Assembly (NCBI GenBank): GCA_041736305.1
Contig: JBGSTX010000190.1
Coordinates: 1 to 34,144, forward strand
Direction of reading: 5' to 3'
DNA length: 34,144 nt
Origin: Oligoflexus sp.
GTDB lineage: Bacteria; Bdellovibrionota_B; Oligoflexia; Oligoflexales; Oligoflexaceae
Positions 1 through 8,868 of this stretch are shown in pieces. The first letter of the stretch is position 1; each line of letters begins with the position of its first letter. Below the pieces are notes generated by a model, which saw only the letters and a program-made list of their open reading frames with translations, was not told the origin of the DNA and made no database searches. Position numbers and translations under genes: made by a program.

Positions 1-100
1 GATACCTATCTGATTCGCTCCTAACGTAGCTCCACCGGGGCTAAATCCGGCTTCGCTCGGGCTGGTAAACGTAAGGCATTTTTGGACCTATTCCTAGAAC

Positions 101-122
101 GCCTGCCTCTTTAGAGGCGGGT
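101..122 (+). terminator. Possible terminator hairpin
   Basis: GCCTGCCTC-ttta-GAGGCGGGT pairs with G.U wobbles on the + strand. It lies just past the stop of the minus-strand gene (126) and has only a short T run. Confidence 0.35.
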
Positions 123-125
123 AGT

Positions 126-389
126 TTACGTCATCTCCCAAATGAGGCCAAATAGGAGGAGGGAGCCGGAAGCTGCGCTCAGCCCGTTGCGCCAGAGAGA
201 ACCTCCAAAATCTAACTCAGGCAGCAGGATCATATCAACGAATAGGACTGAATTGTTAAGCATGAGTCCAAAGAAACAGCAGCTGCTCCACAAGAGTAGG
301 TGAGAGCCTTGCTTTCGATACTGCCAAAAAAGCATTACCATGCAAACTACACTCATCAACGCAGAAGCAATATAAACACTCTCAGCCAT
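126..389 (-). CDS. Small 3-TM membrane protein, DUF5985-like
   Basis: Hydrophobic 87 aa with the pattern LLLWSSCCFFGLMLNN...LLLFGLIWE, recalled as DUF5985. ATG at 389 has SD GAGGA 6 nt upstream. Overlaps the upstream gene's stop. Confidence 0.75.
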   Translation of the reverse strand: MAESVYIASALMSVVCMVMLFWQYRKQGSHLLLWSSCCFFGLMLNNSVLFVDMILLPELDFGGSLWRNGLSAASGSLLLFGLIWEMT

Positions 390-786
390 CGTCATTCCTC
401 TTGCTGATTCCTCTCACACTAAAAGCGTCGGCAAACTTGCGAGCACGCTTCATCGGTGAGAAGATGAGTTCTAGAACCCTATGTCTTCGAACCTTATTTG
501 CAAGCGCCAGTTCTTTCATCACAAGTTCTAGAGTGCTAGGTGTCGGCCTCCACCGATATCCCCCCTCAGATTCAGTCAATTCTTCGACCAAGTCTAACTT
601 TTTTAATGTAAGCAGGCGATTGGCTATCGAGGCGGGATTTGCCCGCAAGTGGCTTGCGACAGAAGCTGCGGTCCAGGTCTTTTCAGGCTCAGATCTTATT
701 AGTAAGAGAGCATCCAAGAGCTCAACTGAGTCGAGGTGTTCAAAGATAAATTGCCGGACTTCTTCCGATATTCCATCTGAGGACAC
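382..786 (-). CDS. Conserved hypothetical protein, probable winged-helix fold
   Basis: 134 aa, GTG start with SD GGGAG. The segment TWTAASVASHLRANPASIANRLLTL...LVEE...YRW looks like HTH plus wing. Overlaps the DUF5985-like gene. Confidence 0.7.
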   Translation of the reverse strand: MSSDGISEEVRQFIFEHLDSVELLDALLLIRSEPEKTWTAASVASHLRANPASIANRLLTLKKLDLVEELTESEGGYRWRPTPSTLELVMKELALANKVRRHRVLELIFSPMKRARKFADAFSVRGISKRNDDG

Positions 787-1144
787 GCTACTCCCTTTTG
801 CTTATGAGAGGAGGAACATAAGCCGTATTTAGCAAGGATCTCTTTGTAATTTATAGTGGCGACTTACAGAAAAATGGTGCCACTTTACTGCTAACGTTTC
901 AATCAAAAGAACGTACAGTCAGTTTTTGAGCTTTGTTTGTGAGAAGTGACAAGGCGAAGAAGTTGGATAGAGCTTTTCGCTCAGGACCTGAAAGCTGGGG
1001 AAGCCATGATGAAGTATAAATCAACGATTTAATCAGCAAGAGTCGCGTCTTCAAGTCAATCAGATCTTGCTCGTGATTAAGCCGCTACTTGTCGATCCCG
1101 AGTGCAAAACTCTCTGCTGATAATCGACAATTCAGGAGGAAGAA

Positions 1145-1221
1145 TGGGGTGGCTGATGGGGATTGAACCCACGTATGTCGGAATCACAATCCGATGCGTT
1201 AACCACTTCGCCACAGCCACC
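1145..1221 (-). tRNA. tRNA-His (GUG) with encoded G-1 and CCA
   Basis: The reverse complement folds as a cloverleaf: G-GTGGCTG acceptor, anticodon arm TCGGA-TTGTGAT-TCCGA, T-arm GTGGG-TTCAATC-CCCAT, then CAGCCAC-C-CCA. Confidence 0.98.
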
Positions 1222-1411
1222 ATAAGTAAATTCTAATGATCTTGGGATCTTAGAAATTAAAGCTAGCTCATCAGCCTAAGCTTCAGAACCGTGGAAGGCC
1301 ATAATAAAACCTATTTTCTCAGACACGTAAACTAAATAATCAATTCACGCCAAGAAATGCCGAAGGTTCTTCAAAATCACCGCCAGCATCGTCATGAATC
1401 GCAGGTCATTT

Positions 1412-4102
1412 TCACAATTTTACCAGCGAAGCACCCTCGATATTAAAAGAAAGCTTCTGCTCGGTGCCCCACTGTTCACCATTGTCGGAAAGGCTGATTA
1501 TGAGGTCAAATGAGCCTTGGCTATCTATCGCATCATCAAAATAGCCACTGTTTTCTAGCCCTTCTGGACCGTTCAGTGCCAACCGATAGATCGTTGTAGC
1601 ATCGCGTGTCGGGACGCCAGGGTCGCCAGAAGTCTCATCGATCGGTCGTAACTCAAAGAGCTCTTCACCAAGAACGAAGCGGCCGATATTGATGGGGCTA
1701 TGCTGTTCGACTCGGATGTAGGCAAACAAGACGTTGCGTCGAGACGGAGGGTTGCTCACCCGTAATTCTGCGATCAGTTTCCTAAAATGCATATCAAACA
1801 CCTGCCCGAGATTTTGATCGAGCTCTAGGCTAATACCTTTGAGACTTGGTAATGCTTTAGCTGCTCGAAAGCTTCCGGGTTCAAAACTTGCCAGTTTCTC
1901 TTCAACACTCTGATCTCGCTTCAGCGGTGGAATAGGCCAGCGTGAAGCAAAAACCCTATTGTTGAGGTCGAGAAAACTATCTTTAGCCTTTTTAATGTCT
2001 TGGGTGTCGGACCTAATCGACTGGGTAATTGTGTTAAAGCCCACAAGTTTAGGTAGAGGACGGTCCCCAGCTAAGCGGACCAGGCTCTCAATGAGTTGAG
2101 CGGGGTGGCTCGTATTAAGAAGTTCTTGATAGGCCTCCAGAATGGCTAAAGGACTGGTGGCAAGTTCAAGTTTAGCGAGCGCGCTTTGCGCCCGACGAGC
2201 CTCAAAAACAAGGTCAGGATAGGCGGTGCCAATATTAGCCATCTTGAATGGCATCATAAGGTAGGAACCAAGCCAGTTGCTAAGGTAGCTGGGACCAGGA
2301 CTTTGACTTTGCGCACTCCAGTGAGAAGCATCCAAATTAAAAGACTCAGCAAAAGACTTCCAGATCTGCACGTTTGGTTGCTTGGATATCGCGAGGAGGA
2401 GCTCGTGAGAAAAATAGAGATGGGCAAAGGCTGCTAGGCGACCCAAACGAGTAGGCGTAAGTTCCCGCCGGGTAATTTCGTCCATAGGATTGGCCAGCGC
2501 CTGGCTGTTTCTCAGTGTTTTATCGAGATCGGCAGCAAACTTTGGGATCGTTGGCAGGTCTGCTAAATCCAATCCTGAGTACCGCCGAACCAGCTGCACC
2601 AGGACTTCATATTCCCGAGTGTCGACAAAATCGTCTGATAGACGCAGGGCGGCCGTCATATAAAGAGGGTTCTCAGGTGTTGCAGCTAGCTTATAATTCT
2701 CCGCCTCTTTAGTAACGGGAATCGAAAGCTTATGTTTATACTCCGAAGTCTCGGGACCAACCAGAACGTTCCAATCGCGGTCCTGCAGAAAAAACTCAGC
2801 GTCGAGCGTAAAGAACTCCCCCTGCTCATCGAGAGTTCGGCTTTCCCCCGAAGTCGTCTGGAGCTGGGTATGATTTTGAGCCACATAAAAACTCCTTCCT
2901 CGACGGAGTCCTTCTTGATCCTGAGTTGAAAGTCTGCGGAAGTGAAATTTCACAGTCGGATTCGTCGAATTTGCTGCTTGTCTTTGGTCGCTATAATTTC
3001 TAGCTAGCTTAAAGTCGCCGTGCAGAGCTCTAATAAATGCTTCCTGGGCACTTTTATCCCGCAAATCAAAGCTATAAAGCTCCTGCAGTTGAATGTTTTT
3101 GGCTTTTTGTAGTCCGAAATCGATCGGTGCTATAGCAACGGGCAGTCCGGGCCACCAGGTAAGAAGGCTCTTCAATGCTGAATAGGTCTTTTTAAGGTCG
3201 ACAGTAAAGGAACTACCAATTCGTCTGATTTCACTGAGCCCGAGCCAGACTTCATTTTCGTTTCGCCTTAATATACTGATACGATGTTCGCCTTCGCGAA
3301 AAAGTGCAAAGGGAATAGCGAGATTCAATTCTCCTAGTTGCAGGAGGTCTTGGAGTTCAGAAAAGGTTCTCCCTTTGAGATCTATGCTAAGTTGTGTAGT
3401 CCCTGAGAGTCCATAGCTACGAACAGTTCCCAGAGGCATTTCTAAGGCCTCGCTGACATCACGCGGAAAGAGAAAGGGGGTTTCAAGGTAACGCACAGGA
3501 TCATAAAGTTCCTCGGGGTTGAAGGAAGGCGGTAATACCCCAGTGAGTAGCGGAATAAGTCCTAGCCAGTTATTAAGAAGCTCGCGCCAATAGGGGTTTT
3601 TTTGACTTTCCGATTTTCGAAGGGCATCGCTTCTATGGGTGGCATTAGTGATGAATAGATGGGTTTGATTGCCGAGAGTAAGCGGCAGTCCTCGGATATC
3701 ACCTAGTCCTTTGAAAAAGTCAGGACCAAGTTCGAAGCGATCGACTACCACATAACTACCAAGTGAAGTTGGATAGACATCACGCTCATAACCTGATGTA
3801 AGGCTCAAATCCTCGGTCGTCCGCACATTAATGCTCTGATCCATGAGACTATAAAAAAGGCCCTCCATCAACGAATCGACGGTGCGGTTGAGAGAACTAA
3901 CACCAGAAGCCAAACTTGTCGCCAAAGCTCTGTTCTGGACCATGCGATTCATAACTTCAAAAGCAGATGTTTGCCCATCTCTTTCAAATTCGAAGTCTTT
4001 GCTGATCTTTGAAGTCTGGCTTAGCAGCTTAGGGAAATTGAAAAAAAGGAGTGCTAACATGATGCCTAAGATCAGGCTTGCTCGCCTATTCTGAAAACGC
4101 AC
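1412..4102 (-). CDS. Large exported or membrane-anchored hypothetical protein (896 aa)
   Basis: Long ORF with a basic then hydrophobic N-terminus (MRFQNRRASLILGIMLALLFFNF). No motif I can assign. The start overlaps the upstream gene by 17 bp. Confidence 0.85.
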   Translation of the reverse strand: MRFQNRRASLILGIMLALLFFNFPKLLSQTSKISKDFEFERDGQTSAFEVMNRMVQNRALATSLASGVSSLNRTVDSLMEGLFYSLMDQSINVRTTEDLSLTSGYERDVYPTSLGSYVVVDRFELGPDFFKGLGDIRGLPLTLGNQTHLFITNATHRSDALRKSESQKNPYWRELLNNWLGLIPLLTGVLPPSFNPEELYDPVRYLETPFLFPRDVSEALEMPLGTVRSYGLSGTTQLSIDLKGRTFSELQDLLQLGELNLAIPFALFREGEHRISILRRNENEVWLGLSEIRRIGSSFTVDLKKTYSALKSLLTWWPGLPVAIAPIDFGLQKAKNIQLQELYSFDLRDKSAQEAFIRALHGDFKLARNYSDQRQAANSTNPTVKFHFRRLSTQDQEGLRRGRSFYVAQNHTQLQTTSGESRTLDEQGEFFTLDAEFFLQDRDWNVLVGPETSEYKHKLSIPVTKEAENYKLAATPENPLYMTAALRLSDDFVDTREYEVLVQLVRRYSGLDLADLPTIPKFAADLDKTLRNSQALANPMDEITRRELTPTRLGRLAAFAHLYFSHELLLAISKQPNVQIWKSFAESFNLDASHWSAQSQSPGPSYLSNWLGSYLMMPFKMANIGTAYPDLVFEARRAQSALAKLELATSPLAILEAYQELLNTSHPAQLIESLVRLAGDRPLPKLVGFNTITQSIRSDTQDIKKAKDSFLDLNNRVFASRWPIPPLKRDQSVEEKLASFEPGSFRAAKALPSLKGISLELDQNLGQVFDMHFRKLIAELRVSNPPSRRNVLFAYIRVEQHSPINIGRFVLGEELFELRPIDETSGDPGVPTRDATTIYRLALNGPEGLENSGYFDDAIDSQGSFDLIISLSDNGEQWGTEQKLSFNIEGASLVKL

Positions 4103-5096
4103 GCATTCCCCCGGGAATAAAGGTCTCGGTCAATCCATAATTGAATCCAAAAAGAGCATATCCTCCGTGCTTCGCACTCTCGCGTCTCAGCCTTTGATAA
4201 TGTAGGCTAAAGTTCAAGGACCAAGTCTCTAAGAACTGCCTTGTACCGCCAAGGCTCAAGCGGTAAGAATCATCCTTGATGTCCTCATAGACCAAGTTCC
4301 AGCGCCAGGGATCCAAAATTTGCTCATGACTAAAGCGGAATAACTGCAAAAAGCTATGGTTCGTATCTTCTGTGATCCGAGCCCATTCGAGGCTTGATAA
4401 GTTAAGCTCGTTATAGACGAGCGTAGCTAAGCCCAGTTTGCGAGTGTTCAAAGCGCTGTTGGCTTGATAAGAAGCGACGAGTTTGGTTCCGCTGAGAAGA
4501 TCGGTGAGCTTGGTCAAACGTACTGCGAGAGTTTGAGACTGAATCCGTTCAATGTTCTTGGCTTCAATCACCTGCCTTTCCTTACTACCTCCGCCGGCTT
4601 CGAAGCGAAGGTCGTCCCGAACCCGGAGCGAAAGTCGAAAACCACTCATGGCGGAACCCCAAAAGTCTGTCCCGCGACTTCGAATATGGTAACCATAAAG
4701 GTCGTGGTTGACACCGAAGGGCATTGGCACCAATCCCAGGGCTCCATACAGGCGGTGATCAAGAGGATGACCAAGCTGAACAAAAGCCTGCTCGCTAGTT
4801 CGATCCCAAGCTGAGCCGTCTCCAGAGTCTTTCGCGTAAAATTTACCGTGAAGCGAAACCAAGCTAGATCCATAAAGAGCCAGGTAAGCCTTGGCGAGAC
4901 TCTGAGAAATCAGGCTCCGCCCCTCAGTGTTAGACACTCCCAGCCCATAGCCGCCCAGACTCCCTTCTATACAAATTGTGCCAAGTGGAATAACGAGGGG
5001 TGCTGCTGCTTCAGGCAAACGACAGCCCGCTTGCGATTCGAGACTGGGAAAGAGCGCGAGTCCTAAGAGGACGCTGAGGCATAAGTATTTACTCAC
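4086..5096 (-). CDS. Predicted outer-membrane beta-barrel or porin-like protein
   Basis: Sec signal peptide (...LESQA) and alternating amphipathic strands (YRLSLGGT, WSLNFSLHYQ, YALFGFNYG). EQAFVQLG...GLVPMPFG resembles a motif of LbtU-type porins (recall). Confidence 0.7.
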   Translation of the reverse strand: MSKYLCLSVLLGLALFPSLESQAGCRLPEAAAPLVIPLGTICIEGSLGGYGLGVSNTEGRSLISQSLAKAYLALYGSSLVSLHGKFYAKDSGDGSAWDRTSEQAFVQLGHPLDHRLYGALGLVPMPFGVNHDLYGYHIRSRGTDFWGSAMSGFRLSLRVRDDLRFEAGGGSKERQVIEAKNIERIQSQTLAVRLTKLTDLLSGTKLVASYQANSALNTRKLGLATLVYNELNLSSLEWARITEDTNHSFLQLFRFSHEQILDPWRWNLVYEDIKDDSYRLSLGGTRQFLETWSLNFSLHYQRLRRESAKHGGYALFGFNYGLTETFIPGGMRAFSE

Positions 5097-5232
5097 GCTT
5101 TCTTCTCTCCGCCTCCAAACCCGCAGCCAATAATTGATTGATATTCACATCATGCCTAAGTCGAAGAGGCGAGGAAAGAGCTAATCGCTTGGGCTCCGCA
5201 GACTTGAGAAAAGTCAAGCTTCACAAAAACAA

Positions 5233-5261
5233 TTGACACAGAAAAGCGGCAGGTCTATAAG
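5233..5261 (+). promoter_or_regulatory. sigma70 promoter of the S10 operon
   Basis: TTGACA (5233-5238), 17-bp spacer, TATAAG (5256-5261). An A-rich UP-like tract lies upstream and a GC-rich stretch downstream. Confidence 0.85.
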
Positions 5262-5383
5262 TTGGCCTCCACAAGAGAGGTAAGCCTGCGCTATAGCAAG
5301 CCTATGCCACATGTCAATGTGTTACGCCCGCCTTACCCTCTTAAGTATCGTTACCCTAATCATTATGACTAGGTTTGAGAAGC

Positions 5384-5695
5384 ATGAGCAGTCAAAATAT
5401 CAGAATTCGTCTCAAAGGCTACGATCACCGCTTGCTCGATCAATCAGCAGTCGAAATCGTAGAGCGTGCGAAGCGCACGGGTGCAAGGGTTGCTGGACCT
5501 ATACCCCTGCCCACTTCCATTAATCGGTTTACCGTCCTCAGAAGCCCGCACGTCGATAAGAAATCACGCGAGCAATTCGAAATTCGTACGCACAAGCGAG
5601 TTCTGGACATCATGGATGCCAAAGCGCAGACCATCGATGCCCTAATGAAGCTCGATTTGGCAGCTGGCGTCGATGTCGAGATCAAGCTCTATTAA
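5384..5695 (+). CDS. rpsJ: 30S ribosomal protein S10
   Basis: [14 protein letters not shown]...GPIPLPT...[23 protein letters not shown] at 5384. Confidence 0.99.
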   Translation: MSSQNIRIRLKGYDHRLLDQSAVEIVERAKRTGARVAGPIPLPTSINRFTVLRSPHVDKKSREQFEIRTHKRVLDIMDAKAQTIDALMKLDLAAGVDVEIKLY

Positions 5696-5770
5696 AAAAG
5701 CGTCGGCTTTGTCGCTTTTTGAACAGTGGCTCAGGATCCGGATAACTCAACTACAGGTTGAATACAAGTC

Positions 5771-6424
5771 ATGACAATTCACGGACTAATCGCAAAAAAA
5801 GTGGGAATGACGCGAGTCTTGGATGAAGCGGGTCAGATGATCCCTGTGACCCTTCTCAAAGTCGAGGGACAGAAGGTCACGAAGATCCTTACTCCAGAGC
5901 GCGACGGTTATCACGGCGTACAAGTTGGCTTCTACGAAAAGGTTGAGCGCAAGCTGAACAAATCCGACGTCGCAAGGCTACGGAAGGTCAGCGTCAGCGA
6001 AAGCTATTCGCGCTTCAAAGAATTCAGAACAGAAGGACCGCTCGACGGCTTGCAAATTGGCAGCTCAATCAGCGCCGACGTCTTGCAGAACGTCAGCTCG
6101 GTCGATGTCACTGGTATCACCAAAGGTCATGGTTTTGAGGGTGCGATCACGCGCTGGGGCCACTCTTCTGGTCGCCGTTCACACGGTTCTAACTTCTACC
6201 GTCTCCCTGGTTCACTCGGTATGCGTACGACTCCGGGTCGGGTTTTCAAAAACAAAGAAGTTCCTGGTCACATGGGTATGCTTCAGGTGACCATCCAAAA
6301 CCTGAAAGTTGTCGATGTAGATGTCGATGCCAACGTCATCGCTATCAAGGGTTCGGTGCCGGGCAGCCGCAACGGCTTCGTCTACCTCAAACCATCTGTG
6401 AAAGCCAAAGAGCCCAAGAAGTAA
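5771..6424 (+). CDS. rplC: 50S ribosomal protein L3
   Basis: KKVGMTR...VDVTGITKGHGFEG...PGRVFK; operon position. Confidence 0.99.
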   Translation: MTIHGLIAKKVGMTRVLDEAGQMIPVTLLKVEGQKVTKILTPERDGYHGVQVGFYEKVERKLNKSDVARLRKVSVSESYSRFKEFRTEGPLDGLQIGSSISADVLQNVSSVDVTGITKGHGFEGAITRWGHSSGRRSHGSNFYRLPGSLGMRTTPGRVFKNKEVPGHMGMLQVTIQNLKVVDVDVDANVIAIKGSVPGSRNGFVYLKPSVKAKEPKK

Positions 6425-6447
6425 GCTCTTAAAGGGAAACGGTCATC

Positions 6448-7074
6448 ATGCAAGTACAAGTGAAGAACATTCAAGGAAACGCAGTCAGGACTATTGATCT
6501 ACCTGATGCTATTTACAATGTGGAGCTTAACGAACACGTTTTGCACCACACGGTAAAAGCCTACCTCGCTAACCAGCGCCAGGGAACCCATGCGACCAAG
6601 ACCCGTGCTTATGTCAGCGGCGGTGGACGCAAGCCCTATAAGCAAAAAGGCACTGGTGGAGCCCGTAGCGGTTCAACAAGAGCTAACATCTATCCAGGTG
6701 GCGCCCAATCTCACGGCCCTCAGCCGCGCGATTACCGTTTGAAGATTAACCGTAAGGTAAAGACGCTGGCTATGAAGGTGGCCCTGTCTGATAAGGCTCG
6801 TCACGGCAAACTTGTCGTAGTCGATCAGATAGCTTTCAGCTCATATTCAACCAAGGCGGTTGTCGGCGCACTGAAAGCTCTCCAGGCCCCAAAAGCACTT
6901 TTGGCTGATGAGCGTAGCGACGACTTTCTCTATCGTTCAGCTCGCAACATCCACGGTGCAGCCGCGATGTCCGTCAAAGATTTTAACGTGCTCGATCTGC
7001 TCCGCTACGAGACGCTGGTGATCAGCGAAAAGGGTCTGGAAGCACTGAACGCGCGCTTGAGCGAGGAGGCCTAA
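6448..7074 (+). CDS. rplD: 50S ribosomal protein L4
   Basis: RQGTHATKTR...KPYKQKGTGGAR; operon position. Confidence 0.99.
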   Translation: MQVQVKNIQGNAVRTIDLPDAIYNVELNEHVLHHTVKAYLANQRQGTHATKTRAYVSGGGRKPYKQKGTGGARSGSTRANIYPGGAQSHGPQPRDYRLKINRKVKTLAMKVALSDKARHGKLVVVDQIAFSSYSTKAVVGALKALQAPKALLADERSDDFLYRSARNIHGAAAMSVKDFNVLDLLRYETLVISEKGLEALNARLSEEA

Positions 7075-7075
7075 G

Positions 7076-7363
7076 ATGCATCCCTATCACGTCATCATTC
7101 GGCCAGTTCTGTCCGAGAAAAGTAACGCCGTTCGTGAAGCCCAGGGCAAATATACTTTCATCGTCAGTCGCGACGCGACTAAGGACGACGTCAAGAAAGC
7201 TGTTAAAGCCTTGTGGAACGTCCAGGTCGAAAGAGTTCACACCCTTCTGCAAAGGGGCAAAGTTAAACGTCGCGGTGCTCACGTTGGTAAGCCGTCTCTA
7301 ACTAAGAAGGCTGTCGTGACTCTGGTAGAAGGCGCGAAACTGCCGATCTTTGAGGATCAATAA
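7076..7363 (+). CDS. rplW: 50S ribosomal protein L23
   Basis: IIRPVLSEKS...YTFIV...ATK...KKAVVTL. Confidence 0.98.
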   Translation: MHPYHVIIRPVLSEKSNAVREAQGKYTFIVSRDATKDDVKKAVKALWNVQVERVHTLLQRGKVKRRGAHVGKPSLTKKAVVTLVEGAKLPIFEDQ

Positions 7364-7381
7364 AGAAGAGGACTGGAAGAC

Positions 7382-8209
7382 ATGGCAACCAAGCAATATA
7401 AACCGACATCCCCCTCGCGCCGCGGAACTTCCGTGGTCGACTATTCGGTCCTCGATCGAGTTGAGCCTTACCGTCCTCTCGTCGAAGCTAACCGGAACCA
7501 CGGCGGCCGCAACAATACCGGTCGCATTACTGTTCGTCACCGGGGCGGCGGCGTTCGATTCCACTATCGGATCATCGATTTCAAGCGCAACAAACGTGAT
7601 ATCGGCGGCCGGGTTGAGTATATCGAATATGATCCGAACCGTACTGCTTTTATCGCACGCGTTCTTTATAAAGACGGCGAGCGTCGATACATCTTGGCTC
7701 CAGATGGCCTGAAAAAAGGCGATGAAGTTCTGGCAGCTGACTCTGTCGATGTTAAGGCCGGCAACGCGATGCCGCTGAAAAATATTCCTCTCGGTACTGC
7801 TGTTCACAACATCGAAATGAAAAAAGGCAAGGGCGGGCAGATGGCCCGATCTGCCGGAGCTTCGGCTCAGTTGATCGGTCGGATCGATGGTTATGCTCAG
7901 CTTCGTCTGCCGAGTGGTGAGATGCGCCGCGTTCGTGAAGAATGCTACGCAACTATCGGAACCGTCTCGAATTCTGATCACTTCAACGTCGCCATTGGTA
8001 AAGCAGGGCGTAAGCGCTGGATGGGTATTCGTCCGACCGTTCGTGGTGTAGCCATGAACCCAGTCGATCACCCTCATGGTGGTGGTGAAGGTCGTACGTC
8101 CGGTGGTCGTCACCCGGTAAGCCCCTGGGCTCAACCGACGAAGGGTCATAAGACGCGTCACAACAAGCGAACTGATAAAGACATCATTCGTCGTAGAAAA
8201 GCCAAGTAA
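7382..8209 (+). CDS. rplB: 50S ribosomal protein L2
   Basis: [36 protein letters not shown]. Confidence 0.99.
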   Translation: MATKQYKPTSPSRRGTSVVDYSVLDRVEPYRPLVEANRNHGGRNNTGRITVRHRGGGVRFHYRIIDFKRNKRDIGGRVEYIEYDPNRTAFIARVLYKDGERRYILAPDGLKKGDEVLAADSVDVKAGNAMPLKNIPLGTAVHNIEMKKGKGGQMARSAGASAQLIGRIDGYAQLRLPSGEMRRVREECYATIGTVSNSDHFNVAIGKAGRKRWMGIRPTVRGVAMNPVDHPHGGGEGRTSGGRHPVSPWAQPTKGHKTRHNKRTDKDIIRRRKAK

Positions 8210-8224
8210 TGGGAGGTATGCTCA

Positions 8225-8494
8225 GTGGCTCGTTCGGTTAAAAAAGGCCCCTTTGTGGATGGCTATCTCTATAAAAAAGCGGAACAGGCTCTTAAAGACA
8301 AGAAGCCGATCAAGACTTGGAGCCGCCGCTCCACGATCGTGCCTGAGTTTGTCGGCCTGAATTTTCTGGTGCACAACGGCAAAAAGTTTGTACCCGTCTT
8401 TGTTTCTGAAAACATGGTGGGACACAAATTAGGCGAGTTTGCACCGACGAGGACCTACTATGGTCATGGCTCGGACAAAAAAGGCAAAAAGTAA
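8225..8494 (+). CDS. rpsS: 30S ribosomal protein S19
   Basis: [10 protein letters not shown]...KTWSRRSTI...[14 protein letters not shown] start with SD GGAGG. Confidence 0.99.
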   Translation: MARSVKKGPFVDGYLYKKAEQALKDKKPIKTWSRRSTIVPEFVGLNFLVHNGKKFVPVFVSENMVGHKLGEFAPTRTYYGHGSDKKGKK

Positions 8495-8512
8495 AGAAAA
8501 AGGGAGCTAGCT

Positions 8513-8851
8513 TTGGAACGTCATTATCAAGCTGTTCTTCGGAACATACGCATAACTCCACGCAAGGCGCGCCTTGTCATTGATCTCGTGAGAGGCATGC
8601 CAGTGTCCACGGCTTTGGATACTCTGCGGGCGACCAATAAAAAGGCGGCCCCTCTTGTTTCCAAACTGATTCAATCGGCCATGGCCAATGCCACAGAAGC
8701 CGCTACTGTGGATGTGGATCGCCTGATCGTTAAAGAAGCCTTTGTGAACGAAGGTCAGAAGCTTAAACGCTTTCTGCCTCGAGCACAGGGCCGAGCCACT
8801 CAGGTCAAGAAGCGTTCGTCACACATTATTGTCAAACTGGCTGAGATTTAA
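8513..8851 (+). CDS. rplV: 50S ribosomal protein L22
   Basis: RITPRKARLV...PRAQGRA...KRSSHI; TTG start with SD AGGGAG. Confidence 0.98.
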   Translation: MERHYQAVLRNIRITPRKARLVIDLVRGMPVSTALDTLRATNKKAAPLVSKLIQSAMANATEAATVDVDRLIVKEAFVNEGQKLKRFLPRAQGRATQVKKRSSHIIVKLAEI

Positions 8852-8868
8852 CGGGAAGGGTAGGATCC

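Noticed and set aside
1..24. Possible 3' end of a + strand gene (DTYLIRS-stop)
   Set aside because: Too short to support; only the downstream hairpin hints at it.
401..832. 143-aa + strand ORF
   Set aside because: Antisense shadow of the better-supported minus-strand gene, which has an SD and a coupled partner.
1089..1130. GTGCAAAACT, reminiscent of a c-di-GMP-I riboswitch junction
   Set aside because: Lacks the upstream GG/GYAAA stem and GNRA loop architecture.
5189..5217. Minus-strand TTGACT as the -35 of the barrel gene
   Set aside because: No plausible -10 at 16-18 bp spacing.
7298..8161. 287-aa antisense ORF over rplB, and similar ones over rplE, rplO, secY and rpoA
   Set aside because: Typical stop-poor antisense frames caused by codon bias in highly expressed genes; no protein-like motifs.
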